DNA of 64,000 nt from an uncultured Verrucomicrobiae bacterium (lineage in GTDB: Bacteria > Verrucomicrobiota > Verrucomicrobiia > Limisphaerales > Palsa-1400). Shown one piece after another: positions 28,155 to 38,610 of this stretch. Below the pieces are notes generated by a model. That model made no database searches. It worked only from the letters and a program-made list of their open reading frames with translations, and was not told the origin of the DNA. Location of the stretch: NCBI GenBank assembly GCA_963764165.1, contig CAVXRD010000004.1, forward strand, positions 64,001-128,000, written 5' to 3'. The position numbers and the translations under genes are program-made. How positions within the stretch are numbered: the first letter of the stretch is position 1; the number at the start of each line of letters is the position of its first letter.

Positions 28155-29651
28155 ATGCCCGAAAACGACGAACCCAAACACAGCTTCTCCAGCCGCCAGC
28201 GCTGGTTCGGCGGCCTGAACTCTGTGATGGCGGCCTTTCTCGCGCTCGCGGTGGTGGTGATGTTGAATTATGTCGCGGGCGGGCATTTTCATCGGTATTA
28301 CCTCGCGCGCGACGCAGCCTTCAAACTCTCCCGTGAGACGACTTCCATCCTTGGCAGCCTGACAAACCAGGTCGAAATTACGATCTTCTTCCAAGCCAAC
28401 GGGGGCGCCAACGAGGAGATTTACGGTCTCACGCGCTCGCTGCTGGCGGAGTACCAAAACGCGAATGCCGGCCACATTCACGTCCATCTTCTTGACTACA
28501 GCCGGCTGGCGGGCGAGGCGAACAAGTTTCTGGCGGACCATAAATTGTCCCAGCTTCAAGAGAAGGATTTCGTGCTGATCGAGTCCGGCGGCCATTCCAA
28601 GATCATCTACGCCCGCGAACTCGCCAATTACGATTTCAGCGAGTTGCTGACAGGCAAGAGCAAGAACGTCCGCCGCAGCGAGTTCAAGGGCGAACTGCTT
28701 TTCTCCAGCGCGATCTTCGCGGTGTGCCATCCGCAGCAGTTGAAAACGTATTTCCTCGCGGGCCATGGCGAAAACAATCCCGGCGATCCCAAGGGCGCAG
28801 ACGATAATCTCGGTCCTTACGGCTACTCCAAACTGGCTGCGATTCTCAGGGACGAGGTCGACAGCGAATGGGGCAAACTGGTGCTGGCGGGGACAAACGA
28901 CGTTCCGCACGATTGCCAGTTGCTGATTGTCGCGGGACCGCGTGGTGAATTCCTTCCGGAGGAAATTACAAAAATCGCCGGCTATCTGAAAAACGGCGGG
29001 CGCTTGCTCGCGCTCCTTCCAAATCCGTCTGGATTGGACAGCATGCTCGCCTCGCAATGGGGCGTCCGGTTCGGTGACAAGATGGTGGTTGACCCGTCTT
29101 ACAGCGAAGGGCCGGGATCTTTCCTGGCGGCTGGCCTGAATCAGCATTTGATCATGGATCCTCTCATCAAGGAAAGCCGGCTGCCTCACATGGTTTGGAC
29201 GCGGCCGATTTATCACGTTGAGGAACGCGTCAAGGTTCCCGGCGCGCCGGAATTCAACAAACTGGCAGAGACGAGCAAGAGCGGCATCGACGAAACGCAG
29301 AAAATGGGCCAATACACGCTCATCGCCGCCGTCGAACAAGGGGTCATCAAGGGTGTCGATAACCCGCGCGCATCCGGAACGCGCATCATCGTGGCCGGTG
29401 ATTCGATATTCCTGGACGACCAGCTTCTGGAGTCAGGGAGTGCGAATCATGATTTTGCCCAACTGGCGCTCAACTGGCTTTTGCAGCGCCCGGCCCTCAT
29501 GCTGGAAGGCCTTGTGCCTTCCCCCATCAAGCAATATCGCCTTTATTTGACAAATGCGCAAAGCACGCGCGTCTGCTGGCTGTTCCTGGTGCTGATGCCC
29601 GGCTGCATTCTGGCTCTGGGCGGATTGGTATGGCTGCGGCGCCGCCGGTGA
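28155..29651 (+). CDS. GldG-like ABC auxiliary protein
   Basis: N- and C-terminal TM helices; YFLAGHGE, LIVAGP, IIVAGDS, WLRRRR. Confidence 0.82.
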   Translation: MPENDEPKHSFSSRQRWFGGLNSVMAAFLALAVVVMLNYVAGGHFHRYYLARDAAFKLSRETTSILGSLTNQVEITIFFQANGGANEEIYGLTRSLLAEYQNANAGHIHVHLLDYSRLAGEANKFLADHKLSQLQEKDFVLIESGGHSKIIYARELANYDFSELLTGKSKNVRRSEFKGELLFSSAIFAVCHPQQLKTYFLAGHGENNPGDPKGADDNLGPYGYSKLAAILRDEVDSEWGKLVLAGTNDVPHDCQLLIVAGPRGEFLPEEITKIAGYLKNGGRLLALLPNPSGLDSMLASQWGVRFGDKMVVDPSYSEGPGSFLAAGLNQHLIMDPLIKESRLPHMVWTRPIYHVEERVKVPGAPEFNKLAETSKSGIDETQKMGQYTLIAAVEQGVIKGVDNPRASGTRIIVAGDSIFLDDQLLESGSANHDFAQLALNWLLQRPALMLEGLVPSPIKQYRLYLTNAQSTRVCWLFLVLMPGCILALGGLVWLRRRR

Positions 29652-29661
29652 TGAAACGCGC

Positions 29662-31500
29662 ATGAGCTGGAGGCCCACATGGGTTTTGCTGGCGGCCGCG
29701 CTCGCGCTGGCCGCTTTCATTGTGTTCGTGGAGCGCCCGCTTCGGCATCAGCGTGAACTCGAGGCGAGCCGCACGGTCCTGCCAGATTTCCATCCCGCCC
29801 AGGTCACCAATATCGAAGTCCATCCATGGGGCCTCCCCATCATCAAAGCGGTGCGCGAAAAAACCTCGCCGCCGGCCTGGAAGCTTGTCGAGCCCATCGC
29901 GTATCGCGCGGATGATTATTCAATTGAAGCGCTGCTGCAGCAATTGTCGAAATTGGAATGGGTCGACCGGCACGACGAAAAAGAACTCGCCACCAATCCC
30001 GCCCCGCAAGAGCAATACGGCTTCACCAAGCCTCGTTTCACCATCCTTGTGCAAGGTTCCGGTCCCGACCGCCGCATAGAAATCGGCGACTTTGGAACTT
30101 TTAAGGACCGCGTTTCCATGCAGGTTGTCGGCAACAACAATATCTATGACATTGCTTCTGAACTGCTGAGAGTTGTGCCCACCAACAAGGACAATTGGCG
30201 GGACATCACGCTCCTGGATGTGACGAATCTCGCCTTCACTGGCCTGCGCGTGCGCGCGCCGGGCAAGGGAGAATTTGAATTGGAGCGCGACCCGACAAAC
30301 CACTTGTGGTTTGACAAAACTCATTCGGCCCGCGCCGATACGCCGAAGATTGTTGATCTTCTCAGCAATTTGCAGAACGTCGCCGTCAGCGCTTTTATCA
30401 ACGACAACCCGCAGGCGGACTTAGATCCCTACGGATTGCTCGCGACGGACACCTCGCCGCCGCTCTCGCTCACATTTCTAAGCGGCAGCAACAAGATCGC
30501 GGGCCTTCAGGTGGGCGGCATTTTTGCCAGCAACACAAATTACATCTACGTCCGCCGCGATGCGCCGGGCAATATCGTGCTCGTTCCCCGGAATTCGTTC
30601 AACGGCTGGGCCCTGCCCTACACCAATTATTTCGACCAGCATTTCATCAGCATTTCGCCCGACCTGATTGAATCAATCAAGGTGCGAGGCGACGACAATT
30701 TTGTGGTCACCAAGGGAGCGGGCAGCAATGTCTGGTCCATCCACGGAAGCGAAACATTTCCGGCCGATCCCGCGTTGATGGAGTATTGGATGGCAGCTTT
30801 GACCAATGTCCCGACGGGAATCGTCAAGGCGGTGGTGACAGATTTTTCGCCCTATGGCCTAAGCAACGCCTGCCTGCAATATGATGTGAAATTCAACGCG
30901 GGCGCCGGCGCGCAAACGGAGGCGCGCATCGATTTCGGCACGAACAAGACGGGCAGCGTGTTCGAGCGGCGCGAAGACGAGACGTTCGTCAACTCAATCG
31001 ACGCCGACGATTTTCGCTGGCTCCCGCGCGTCTCGTGGCAATTGCGGGACCGGACAATTTGGAATTTCGAGTCAAGCAATGTCGTCAGCGTGACGGTCCA
31101 TCAGCTCGGCGGAACGTTGAAGTTTTTGCGCGATCCGCTGGGGGACTGGACCTACGCGCCGGGCTACAATAACCAGGTGCAGATCAATTCCGCCGCCACC
31201 GAGGAATGCGTTGTTCGCATGGGACACCTCCAGGCTGTTTACTGGGATGGCGTCGGCGACAAGGATTTGGGCAAATTCGGATTCGACACGGCGCGATATG
31301 ACATAGAGTTTGCGGTGCGGGAGAATGGGGCCACAAATATTTGCAAGATTCAATTCGGAGCCCGCTCTCCCATAGGCCATCCCTACGCCACCGTCGTTAA
31401 AAACGGCGAACGATTCATTTTCGAGTTCCGTGTCGACCTATACCAAAATCTCGTTCTGCCAAATCTGACCCTCTATACCGCGCGTCAGTTCATCAAATAA
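29662..31500 (+). CDS. DUF4340-repeat protein
   Basis: N-terminal anchor; repeated units with YG(L/F)..P and (W/L)RD motifs; usual position after GldG. Confidence 0.75.
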   Translation: MSWRPTWVLLAAALALAAFIVFVERPLRHQRELEASRTVLPDFHPAQVTNIEVHPWGLPIIKAVREKTSPPAWKLVEPIAYRADDYSIEALLQQLSKLEWVDRHDEKELATNPAPQEQYGFTKPRFTILVQGSGPDRRIEIGDFGTFKDRVSMQVVGNNNIYDIASELLRVVPTNKDNWRDITLLDVTNLAFTGLRVRAPGKGEFELERDPTNHLWFDKTHSARADTPKIVDLLSNLQNVAVSAFINDNPQADLDPYGLLATDTSPPLSLTFLSGSNKIAGLQVGGIFASNTNYIYVRRDAPGNIVLVPRNSFNGWALPYTNYFDQHFISISPDLIESIKVRGDDNFVVTKGAGSNVWSIHGSETFPADPALMEYWMAALTNVPTGIVKAVVTDFSPYGLSNACLQYDVKFNAGAGAQTEARIDFGTNKTGSVFERREDETFVNSIDADDFRWLPRVSWQLRDRTIWNFESSNVVSVTVHQLGGTLKFLRDPLGDWTYAPGYNNQVQINSAATEECVVRMGHLQAVYWDGVGDKDLGKFGFDTARYDIEFAVRENGATNICKIQFGARSPIGHPYATVVKNGERFIFEFRVDLYQNLVLPNLTLYTARQFIK

Positions 31501-31503
31501 TCC

Positions 31504-34500
31504 ATGGGCTCGTTTTTCCAGCGCAAAGGGGTCCGCAAATGCATGATGGCGCTCAAGTGGTGCCGGGTGGCGTCGCTGTTCGCCATTTTTCTTATTGTCA
31601 CAGCGCTGTCGTATCTGCACATGGTTGGACTGCCGAATTATCTCAAAAAGCCTCTCCTCGGAACCCTGCGAGAAAAGGGTTTCAATGTGCAGTTCACCCG
31701 GGCCAGCCTTGGCTGGGGTCCCTCGATCATTATCGAAGAGGCGACATTCAGGTCGACCAACGAAACCGCCGGCCCCATCCTCGTGGCCGCCTGGACGCAC
31801 TTGGATCTTAATCGTTCCGCCTTTATTCACGGCCACATCCGGGTCGACGGATTCGAGCTGGCGCATGCGAGCATTGACATTCCAGTGGGGTCGACGAATC
31901 TGGCCCCGCTTTCACTGACCAATGTCAGCCTGCGCGTCACCATTGCCTCCAACAACTATGTCGTCGTCAAGGAAGGAAGGGCCGCCGCATTGGGAGTGCA
32001 TGTCGGCCTCGCGGGCGAAATTACGAACGTCTTCGCGATGGCGAATTGGAAATTGCCCCCTCCATCGGCGCAAACCAACGCATCCCCGGGCCTGTCGAAC
32101 GCACCGCCAAACCCGCCTAGACTCACTGCCTGGGAGATCATTCAGAAAATACAATTCACTGGAACACCGGATCTGACCGTCCATTTTTACGCCGACGGGC
32201 GCGACCCCAACACGCTCAAGGCGGAACTTGGTTTCAACGCCGAGGGCGGGCAGACGCCTTGGGGTAAATTCGGGCTGCTGCACCTCCGGGCAGCGTGTTC
32301 GCAGCTCCTCAATTCCCGCGGCGCGCCGTTTTTCCAATCCCATTTCAATGCCCGCGGCGTTTCGACCCGCTGGGCGGATTGCGGCGATCTGGCGGCGACA
32401 ATTGATTTCTCGCGCTTCGGTGGCACCAATGTTTCAGCCTTCGCCCACATCATTGGCACCGAGGTCAAGGCCAAGTGGGAGAACAACTCGTCCAGCAATT
32501 GGGTCAGCATCGGCGACGCGCAATGGGACGGAACAACCACCATCCCCCAGCCTGGCTTCCGGCCGGAAACGTTTCAAGGCGCACTGCGGCTGGTGAAAAT
32601 CCAATCTCCATGGGTCAACGTCGACTCGATCGCGCTGCAACTGCAATCACGCCGCGCCGTCGATGGCGCGCCGGATCCCGCCTGGGGAGTCTGGAACAAA
32701 TTCAAGCCCTATATCGTCGATTGGCAGGCAGGGGCGACAAACATCACGACGCCGAAGCTCAAACTGGATCACATCTCGTTCAATGGCGCGTGGCACCCGC
32801 CCTTAATTAGTATTGACACGATGCAGGCGAGCATGTATAAGGGTTTCCTGAATTCCAGCAGCACGCTGGACGTGAATTCGCGCCAGACGACCACCGGGAT
32901 CTACCTTGATTTTGATCCGCACCAGATCGCGCCCATTCTTACAGAAGCGGCGCAGCACTGGATTGGACTCTATGATTGGGACACGCCGCCAAAATTCAAC
33001 GCCAACCTCCGATACGTTCTGCCACCTTGGACAAACCGGCCCGCCACCTGGGCGGAAGACCTTCGAGACAGCCTGCAATTGGCGGGCGATTTTTCGGTGG
33101 GCCGCGGCGCCTTTCGCGGCGTGGCGGTGAACTCGGCCCAGGCCCATTACGGCTATACGAACCGGATGTGGAGCGTCTCGGGGCTGCGCGTTTCCGGCGA
33201 GGGCGGGTCGGTGAGTCTTGACTACGATTGGAACGACGCGAGCAGCGATTATCATTTTCGATTTGACAGCAGGTTGAAACCGTCGGTCGCCATGCCGCTA
33301 TTGTCCCAGGGCGGCCAGTTGACGCTGCAGGAAATGGATTTTCCCGAAGCCCCCGAACTTAGCGGCGATGTCTGGGGAAACTGGAAGACGCCAAAAACCG
33401 CCGGCCTCAACGCCCTTCTGGCCGCGACCAATGCCATCATCCGCGGCGAGCCTGTCGCGCAATTGAATGCCAACTTCCACTTTACAAATCTCGTCCTCAC
33501 CGTGAGCAACCTGGCCCTGCGGCACAAATCAGGCCGCGCGGAAATACCGTTGGCAACAATCAATTTCACATCCAACATTTATTATTTGAGCAACGCCTCG
33601 AGCCAGCTTGATCCGGTCGCGGTGCGGCATGCGCTGGGAAAAATCGAGCCGCCGTGGATGAAGGAACTTGATTTTGACACGCCCCCGCTGGTTCGCGCCA
33701 CCGGCCAGTTCACCCCGGGAAACGATGATGGAACAGACCTCCGCTTTTTTGTCCAAGGCCGGAAATTGCATTGGAACCACATCACCGCCGACACGGTGCG
33801 CGGGGATGTTTATTACCATGTGCGGACGGTGGAAGCGACGAACATTCAGGGAACACTTTACGGCTCGGGCACGCTGCTGGGCTGGTTCGTCATTGATTGG
33901 TTCGAACACGGCACCAAATTTGTGAGCGACGCGACCTTAAAGGACGTCGACCTCGCGAAGCTGGCCAAGGAGTTTACCGGCAAGACGAATTCGATGGAGG
34001 GCTTGCTGGATGCGCACCTTTACCTGGGCGCGCCCTATAATGCGGACTATACGAATATGTTCGGCAACGGGTGGCTTCACATTCACAACGCTCTCCTGTG
34101 GGACATCAAGCTTTTCGGCCTGCTCTCGCCGATTCTCAACGCCATCGCCCCCGGCTCTGGAGACAGCCGGGCGCGGGAGGCTTCAGCCAGCTTTCTTATC
34201 AACAAAGGCGTTCTGGACACGGAGGATTTGGATATTCATTCGTCTGGATTCCGCCTGCTCTACCGCGGGACGGTTGATTCGCAAAAGCGTTTGAACGCGC
34301 GAGTGGAGGCGAATCTGCTGCGGGACACGCCCCTGTTCGGGCATTTCCTAAGCTGGATGCTGACGCCGTTGGATAAGCTTTTCGAGTACCGGGTGAGCGG
34401 AACATTGGACAAACCGGAGATGAAACCGGTCTTCATTCCGAAGGTATTCATGGAAATGCTGCGGCCATTCCACACCCTGAAGCAAATGAGCCAGCCGAGC

Positions 34501-34557
34501 CAGTCCGCGACACCGGTCAAGCCGAAAGAGCCAGCGCCTGCCACCCCCCCACCGTAG
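31504..34557 (+). CDS. AsmA-like (YhdP/TamB superfamily) envelope protein
   Basis: N-terminal TM, long beta-rich body, C-terminal LFEYRVSGTLDKP. Confidence 0.75.
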   Translation: MGSFFQRKGVRKCMMALKWCRVASLFAIFLIVTALSYLHMVGLPNYLKKPLLGTLREKGFNVQFTRASLGWGPSIIIEEATFRSTNETAGPILVAAWTHLDLNRSAFIHGHIRVDGFELAHASIDIPVGSTNLAPLSLTNVSLRVTIASNNYVVVKEGRAAALGVHVGLAGEITNVFAMANWKLPPPSAQTNASPGLSNAPPNPPRLTAWEIIQKIQFTGTPDLTVHFYADGRDPNTLKAELGFNAEGGQTPWGKFGLLHLRAACSQLLNSRGAPFFQSHFNARGVSTRWADCGDLAATIDFSRFGGTNVSAFAHIIGTEVKAKWENNSSSNWVSIGDAQWDGTTTIPQPGFRPETFQGALRLVKIQSPWVNVDSIALQLQSRRAVDGAPDPAWGVWNKFKPYIVDWQAGATNITTPKLKLDHISFNGAWHPPLISIDTMQASMYKGFLNSSSTLDVNSRQTTTGIYLDFDPHQIAPILTEAAQHWIGLYDWDTPPKFNANLRYVLPPWTNRPATWAEDLRDSLQLAGDFSVGRGAFRGVAVNSAQAHYGYTNRMWSVSGLRVSGEGGSVSLDYDWNDASSDYHFRFDSRLKPSVAMPLLSQGGQLTLQEMDFPEAPELSGDVWGNWKTPKTAGLNALLAATNAIIRGEPVAQLNANFHFTNLVLTVSNLALRHKSGRAEIPLATINFTSNIYYLSNASSQLDPVAVRHALGKIEPPWMKELDFDTPPLVRATGQFTPGNDDGTDLRFFVQGRKLHWNHITADTVRGDVYYHVRTVEATNIQGTLYGSGTLLGWFVIDWFEHGTKFVSDATLKDVDLAKLAKEFTGKTNSMEGLLDAHLYLGAPYNADYTNMFGNGWLHIHNALLWDIKLFGLLSPILNAIAPGSGDSRAREASASFLINKGVLDTEDLDIHSSGFRLLYRGTVDSQKRLNARVEANLLRDTPLFGHFLSWMLTPLDKLFEYRVSGTLDKPEMKPVFIPKVFMEMLRPFHTLKQMSQPSQSATPVKPKEPAPATPPP

Positions 34558-34786
34558 CAGCCGCCTGCGGCCTAGGGCGATTAAAAGTGGGTGATGGATG
34601 CAGACCTTGAAATTAAACAGGAATGGTGAGCGCTTATCGATCCACCTGGACGAATCGCCCCTGAAACTCGGAGCTGGCGCGGACTGGTACGAGGTCACGA
34701 TTGAATGGCAATAAGGCTTCGGCGCTTGGAAGCTTGGCCTTCCGGCCAAGTGAACAAGCCTCGTTTGAAACAAAAGCCGAAAGCAA

Positions 34787-35407
34787 CTAAGCCGGCCGCG
34801 ACCTTTTGCGCAGCCTCCGCAAGGCGCCAGCCCCGAGCGGCAGCAACATCGAGGCGCCGGCGATTATCGTTGTGGTCTCGGGAAGTGTGGGAATCGCTGT
34901 CACACTGACATCACTTAGGCCGTCCCAGGACGGATCGTTCCGCAGGCCAAAGCCAATGTCGGTTCTGGACCCGGTGGCTGTCACCGTGAAGCTGTATTCT
35001 GTCCAGGATTCATTGGGGACGGGGCTGCCAATCACGCTGACGAGGGAATCGTTCCAATAAACGCTCGCATCGCTATCGCCCGTGCCGTTGCCAGCAAGCC
35101 AAAAGCTATATTCGTAGGATTGACCCGCGATGGTTGAAATGGTCTGGTACAGGGGGCTGTCGCCGCCCACGGCGCCAAATACGACGAAGTAGCGATCACC
35201 GGCCCGCGGCAAATATCCTGCGTAGGAGCTTGTCACTTCATTTCCCCCGCAGGCATTCCAATCGGTAAAGTCGCCGGTGGCAAAATTCCCATTCTGGACA
35301 AGATTCAGACCGCCATAGCAGCGGGACCCCGAGAATAAACATAACGAGGCCAAAAGCGCGGGGAGCGCACACTGAGCGGTTCTCGCATATGCATTATTCG
35401 CTTTCAT
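34787..35407 (-). CDS. Exported protein with variant PEP-CTERM sorting tail
   Basis: NLVQNGNFATGDFTDW domain; tail LPETTTIIAGASMLLPLGAGALRRLRKR. Confidence 0.75.
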   Translation of the reverse strand: MKANNAYARTAQCALPALLASLCLFSGSRCYGGLNLVQNGNFATGDFTDWNACGGNEVTSSYAGYLPRAGDRYFVVFGAVGGDSPLYQTISTIAGQSYEYSFWLAGNGTGDSDASVYWNDSLVSVIGSPVPNESWTEYSFTVTATGSRTDIGFGLRNDPSWDGLSDVSVTAIPTLPETTTIIAGASMLLPLGAGALRRLRKRSRPA

Positions 35408-35641
35408 TTTTTCTATGCAATCGGTCACCAAAGGATTAGCGTGGCCTAGTTCTTACTATAGCATTTGCAACAGCGAGAGAACTAGTTGGTTTTGGGCTGT
35501 GTTGGTACGCTTTTGGGCCGGAATTTCGGGAAATGGATCCTGCTTTCCGGAACACAGGAGCAGGCAGAATGCATAGCGGGGCAAACGGTCACAATTCACG
35601 CCGCAATGCCGAGGGGTCGAATTTCAGGTTGAACGCCGCTG

Positions 35642-36877
35642 TCAGCGCCTGCGGCCGGGCGCAAAGAAATATCCGCCCCGAATTCGCGCGCCGCGAACCT
35701 TGCCGGTGAAACCCTGCTTTTGTCCCGCCTTCTGCTCTTCGAACAGCGCGGTGTACTGATACTCAAAATTCTCCAGTTTCACCCGCGCAATTTTCTGGCC
35801 GATAAAACGTTCGATGGCCATCACATGGTTGGCGTCGCCCGCGACCATGAGCGTCAGCGCGTCTCCGGCGGCTTCGGCCCGGCCTGTTCGGCCGATGCGG
35901 TGAATGTAATCCTCGGGATGCTGCGGAACGTCGTAATTGATGACGTGGCTGACATCCGCGATGTCCAATCCGCGCGAGGCGATATCGGTCGCCACGAGAA
36001 CTTCGTAACGGGCGTCGCGAAATCCCTTGAGCGCGTCCTCGCGTTCGCGCTGAGTGCGGTTGGAATGCAGCACGGCCACCGCATGGCGGCTGCGCTTGAG
36101 CTGGCTGGCAATTTGATCCGCGCGGTGTTTCGTCCGGCAGAAAACGATGACCGATGTCCAATTCATGCGCTCCATGAGTTGCAGGAGAAGCGCCGTTTTC
36201 TGGCTTTCAGCCACAGGATAGATCACATGCTCGACCGTTTCGGCTGGCGTCCGGCGGGCGCCGATTTCCACCACCTGCGGATCTTTCATCGTCCATTTGA
36301 TGAGGCCCTCGATTTCCATTGGAATCGTGGCGGAGAACAGGGCGGTCTGGCGTCCTTCCTTCGGGCATTTTTGCACGATGCGCCGGACATCCGGCAGAAA
36401 TCCCATGTCCAGCATCCGGTCCGCCTCGTCGAGCACCAGATATTGGATTCCGTCCAGCTTGCAGGCGCCGCGTTCCATGTGGTCAAGCAGCCGGCCCGGT
36501 GTCGCGATGACAATATCCGCGCCCGCCTTCAAATCATCGAGTTGCCGGCCGTAGCCAACGCCGCCATAAAGCACCGCTGTGCCTAATTTGGTAAAGCGCG
36601 AGAACTGGTGAATGGCAGTCTCCACTTGAGCGGCCAATTCGCGCGTCGGTTCAAGCACGAGAAACCGCGATCTCCGCTGCGGTTCGCCCAGAAGCGAAAG
36701 TATAGGCAGGGCAAAAGCGGCGGTCTTGCCCGTGCCTGTCTGCGCGCTGCCAATGACATCGCGACCCTCGAGAAGGAGCGGGATGGCGCGCAGTTGGATG
36801 GGAGTCGGTTCCGTGTACCCCATTGCCTTGACGCCCTCCATAATTGCTGGAGCCAAACCGAATTCTGTAAACGACAT
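35642..36877 (-). CDS. rhlE: DEAD-box RNA helicase (RhlE-like)
   Basis: Q motif PTPIQ, GTGKT, PTRELA, DEAD, SAT, HRIGRTGR. Confidence 0.9.
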   Translation of the reverse strand: MSFTEFGLAPAIMEGVKAMGYTEPTPIQLRAIPLLLEGRDVIGSAQTGTGKTAAFALPILSLLGEPQRRSRFLVLEPTRELAAQVETAIHQFSRFTKLGTAVLYGGVGYGRQLDDLKAGADIVIATPGRLLDHMERGACKLDGIQYLVLDEADRMLDMGFLPDVRRIVQKCPKEGRQTALFSATIPMEIEGLIKWTMKDPQVVEIGARRTPAETVEHVIYPVAESQKTALLLQLMERMNWTSVIVFCRTKHRADQIASQLKRSRHAVAVLHSNRTQREREDALKGFRDARYEVLVATDIASRGLDIADVSHVINYDVPQHPEDYIHRIGRTGRAEAAGDALTLMVAGDANHVMAIERFIGQKIARVKLENFEYQYTALFEEQKAGQKQGFTGKVRGARIRGGYFFAPGRRR

Positions 36878-37134
36878 ACTTGGCATAAGTTCATCCGCTT
36901 CTCCCTGATATGCAAGCGCCGATTCGCTTTGGGCAGGCGACACCCTGACCCTTGAACGGGCGGCTGAACTAACAGGTTCGACCGTCAACCAATTCCTGGC
37001 GCAATCCGCATCCCGTGAAGCCCAGCGGCTTGTCGAACGCGAGCCAGTCATTCGGCTCTCGCAAGAAGGCGCGCGGAAAAGTTCTCGATTTGATTGACCC
37101 GCCTAAACCAAACAAGCAAGATACAAGATGGCAT

Positions 37135-37494
37135 ATGGGAAACAAATCGGCTCAGAGCGATCACGATTGGATGACGTTGACACCAAAGGCGTCGGTTCCG
37201 GTGATCGCGCACGCCGCAGTGGCGTATGTGTTGCTCTTGCCGTTCTCGTTTCTCGCCTCCGCCATGATTTGGGGGTCTCAGGTGTCCGGAGTTTTGTATC
37301 TTTGCGACGATAGCCTTGGCATTTTTGATTTCGTTCCCCCGTTTGTGCATCCCCATTCCCCGGATGTATTCTATGTGCCAGCCTGGCGGGTGTATTTTAT
37401 ATGGTACGCTCTCATTGCGGCGGCTGTTTTGATTCCAGCGGCGGCGCTGTGGTGGCTCTGTCGCCGTTGGAGAGCCGACGAAGCAGATGTTTAA
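37135..37494 (+). CDS. Small hypothetical membrane protein
   Basis: Two hydrophobic helices; start uncertain. Confidence 0.5.
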   Translation: MGNKSAQSDHDWMTLTPKASVPVIAHAAVAYVLLLPFSFLASAMIWGSQVSGVLYLCDDSLGIFDFVPPFVHPHSPDVFYVPAWRVYFIWYALIAAAVLIPAAALWWLCRRWRADEADV

Positions 37495-37504
37495 GCCAAT
37501 CAAG

Positions 37505-37945
37505 TCACGGCGAAGCAATCACGCCAGATAGAGTCACGTCCGCTGTCAGAATTTTCGCCCCCCCAACGGACACCGTAGCTTGAGCCTGCACCAAGTTTCC
37601 CATGCGGCCTGTGAGCTTTGCGTCGATCAAAATAACTTCACCGGGCCGCGCGGCTCCAAGTATCTTTGCTTGCCGGAGGGCTGTTAATTTCAATCCGGGC
37701 ATGGGCGGGATCGAAGGATCACTTTGCGCGATGACGCCAGCCAATTGCGCCGCAGCCTCCACGAGCAATACGCCAGGAAAAATAGGATCGCCGGGGAAAT
37801 GCCCGCGCAGGAAAGGCTCGTCGCCGCGAATTTTGTATTCCGCCGTCCCGCTCTTTCCCGAGTCCAGCGCAGTCAACCGATCCAGGAACCGGAACTCCGG
37901 ACCGTGCGGCAGGAAACTCAGCGCTTTGTCCAACTCGTTCATCAT
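37505..37945 (-). CDS. FabA/FabZ-like 3-hydroxyacyl-ACP dehydratase
   Basis: LPHGPEFRFLD, GHFPGDPIFPGVLLVEAAAQ. Confidence 0.88.
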   Translation of the reverse strand: MMNELDKALSFLPHGPEFRFLDRLTALDSGKSGTAEYKIRGDEPFLRGHFPGDPIFPGVLLVEAAAQLAGVIAQSDPSIPPMPGLKLTALRQAKILGAARPGEVILIDAKLTGRMGNLVQAQATVSVGGAKILTADVTLSGVIASP

Positions 37946-38610
37946 TTTGATAGCGGTTCGGTCACCTTGAAATCTGCGGGTGGTTTCCAATGGAAAAGAT
38001 TCTGATCAATCGTAGGATTCATAACGGCATTGGTGAAATCATTTCGCATCGACGAGCCATCGACAAAAACCATTTCCGTCGACTTCAAAGAATAGTCGTT
38101 GGTGTCCAAACCCAGGTGAAGCTCTGGCATCATTTGTCTCGCGAATTTGCTTTTTGGCTGCAGCGCGAGCAGCCACGCGCCGTTGGTTTCGTTGACGGAC
38201 AGCAGATTGAATTGCGCTTCAAACTCCTGCCGGTTCTTAGGGAATCCCGCGCTCAACAGCGACATGCTGTCGCGCCATTCCCGAGGAGCATTCGCGCCGA
38301 GCGGGTAATGCTCCGCTCGTTTTAGAATGGGGTAAATGACATACAAATCCTGCCCGTCTCGAAGCGCGATGGTTTGGGCTGGCTTTCCAAGCTGCCACCG
38401 AAAATCACCCGGAGTCTGAAACCAAAGCTGCCCTGCGGATTTCAGCGGAACGGTCAGCGTTTTCAGCGTTCGCGTCTGCGTGAAATCTGCCGACCACCCG
38501 TGGAGCTTTCCTTGGGCGGCGAACCACGCATCCAGAATCGCGCCGGAATCCACCGAGAGAAAGCAGAGCGCTATTCTGCCGAAGGCCAGATAGGAACGAA
38601 ATGATACCAT
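37942..38610 (-). CDS. LolA-like periplasmic carrier protein
   Basis: ADFTQTR...SAGQLWFQTPGDFRWQ...DG. Confidence 0.8.
   Translation of the reverse strand: MVSFRSYLAFGRIALCFLSVDSGAILDAWFAAQGKLHGWSADFTQTRTLKTLTVPLKSAGQLWFQTPGDFRWQLGKPAQTIALRDGQDLYVIYPILKRAEHYPLGANAPREWRDSMSLLSAGFPKNRQEFEAQFNLLSVNETNGAWLLALQPKSKFARQMMPELHLGLDTNDYSLKSTEMVFVDGSSMRNDFTNAVMNPTIDQNLFHWKPPADFKVTEPLSK

Noticed and set aside
34598..34714. 38-codon ORF MQTLKLNRNG...EWQ
   Set aside because: Too short, with no motif; may be a remnant but cannot be supported
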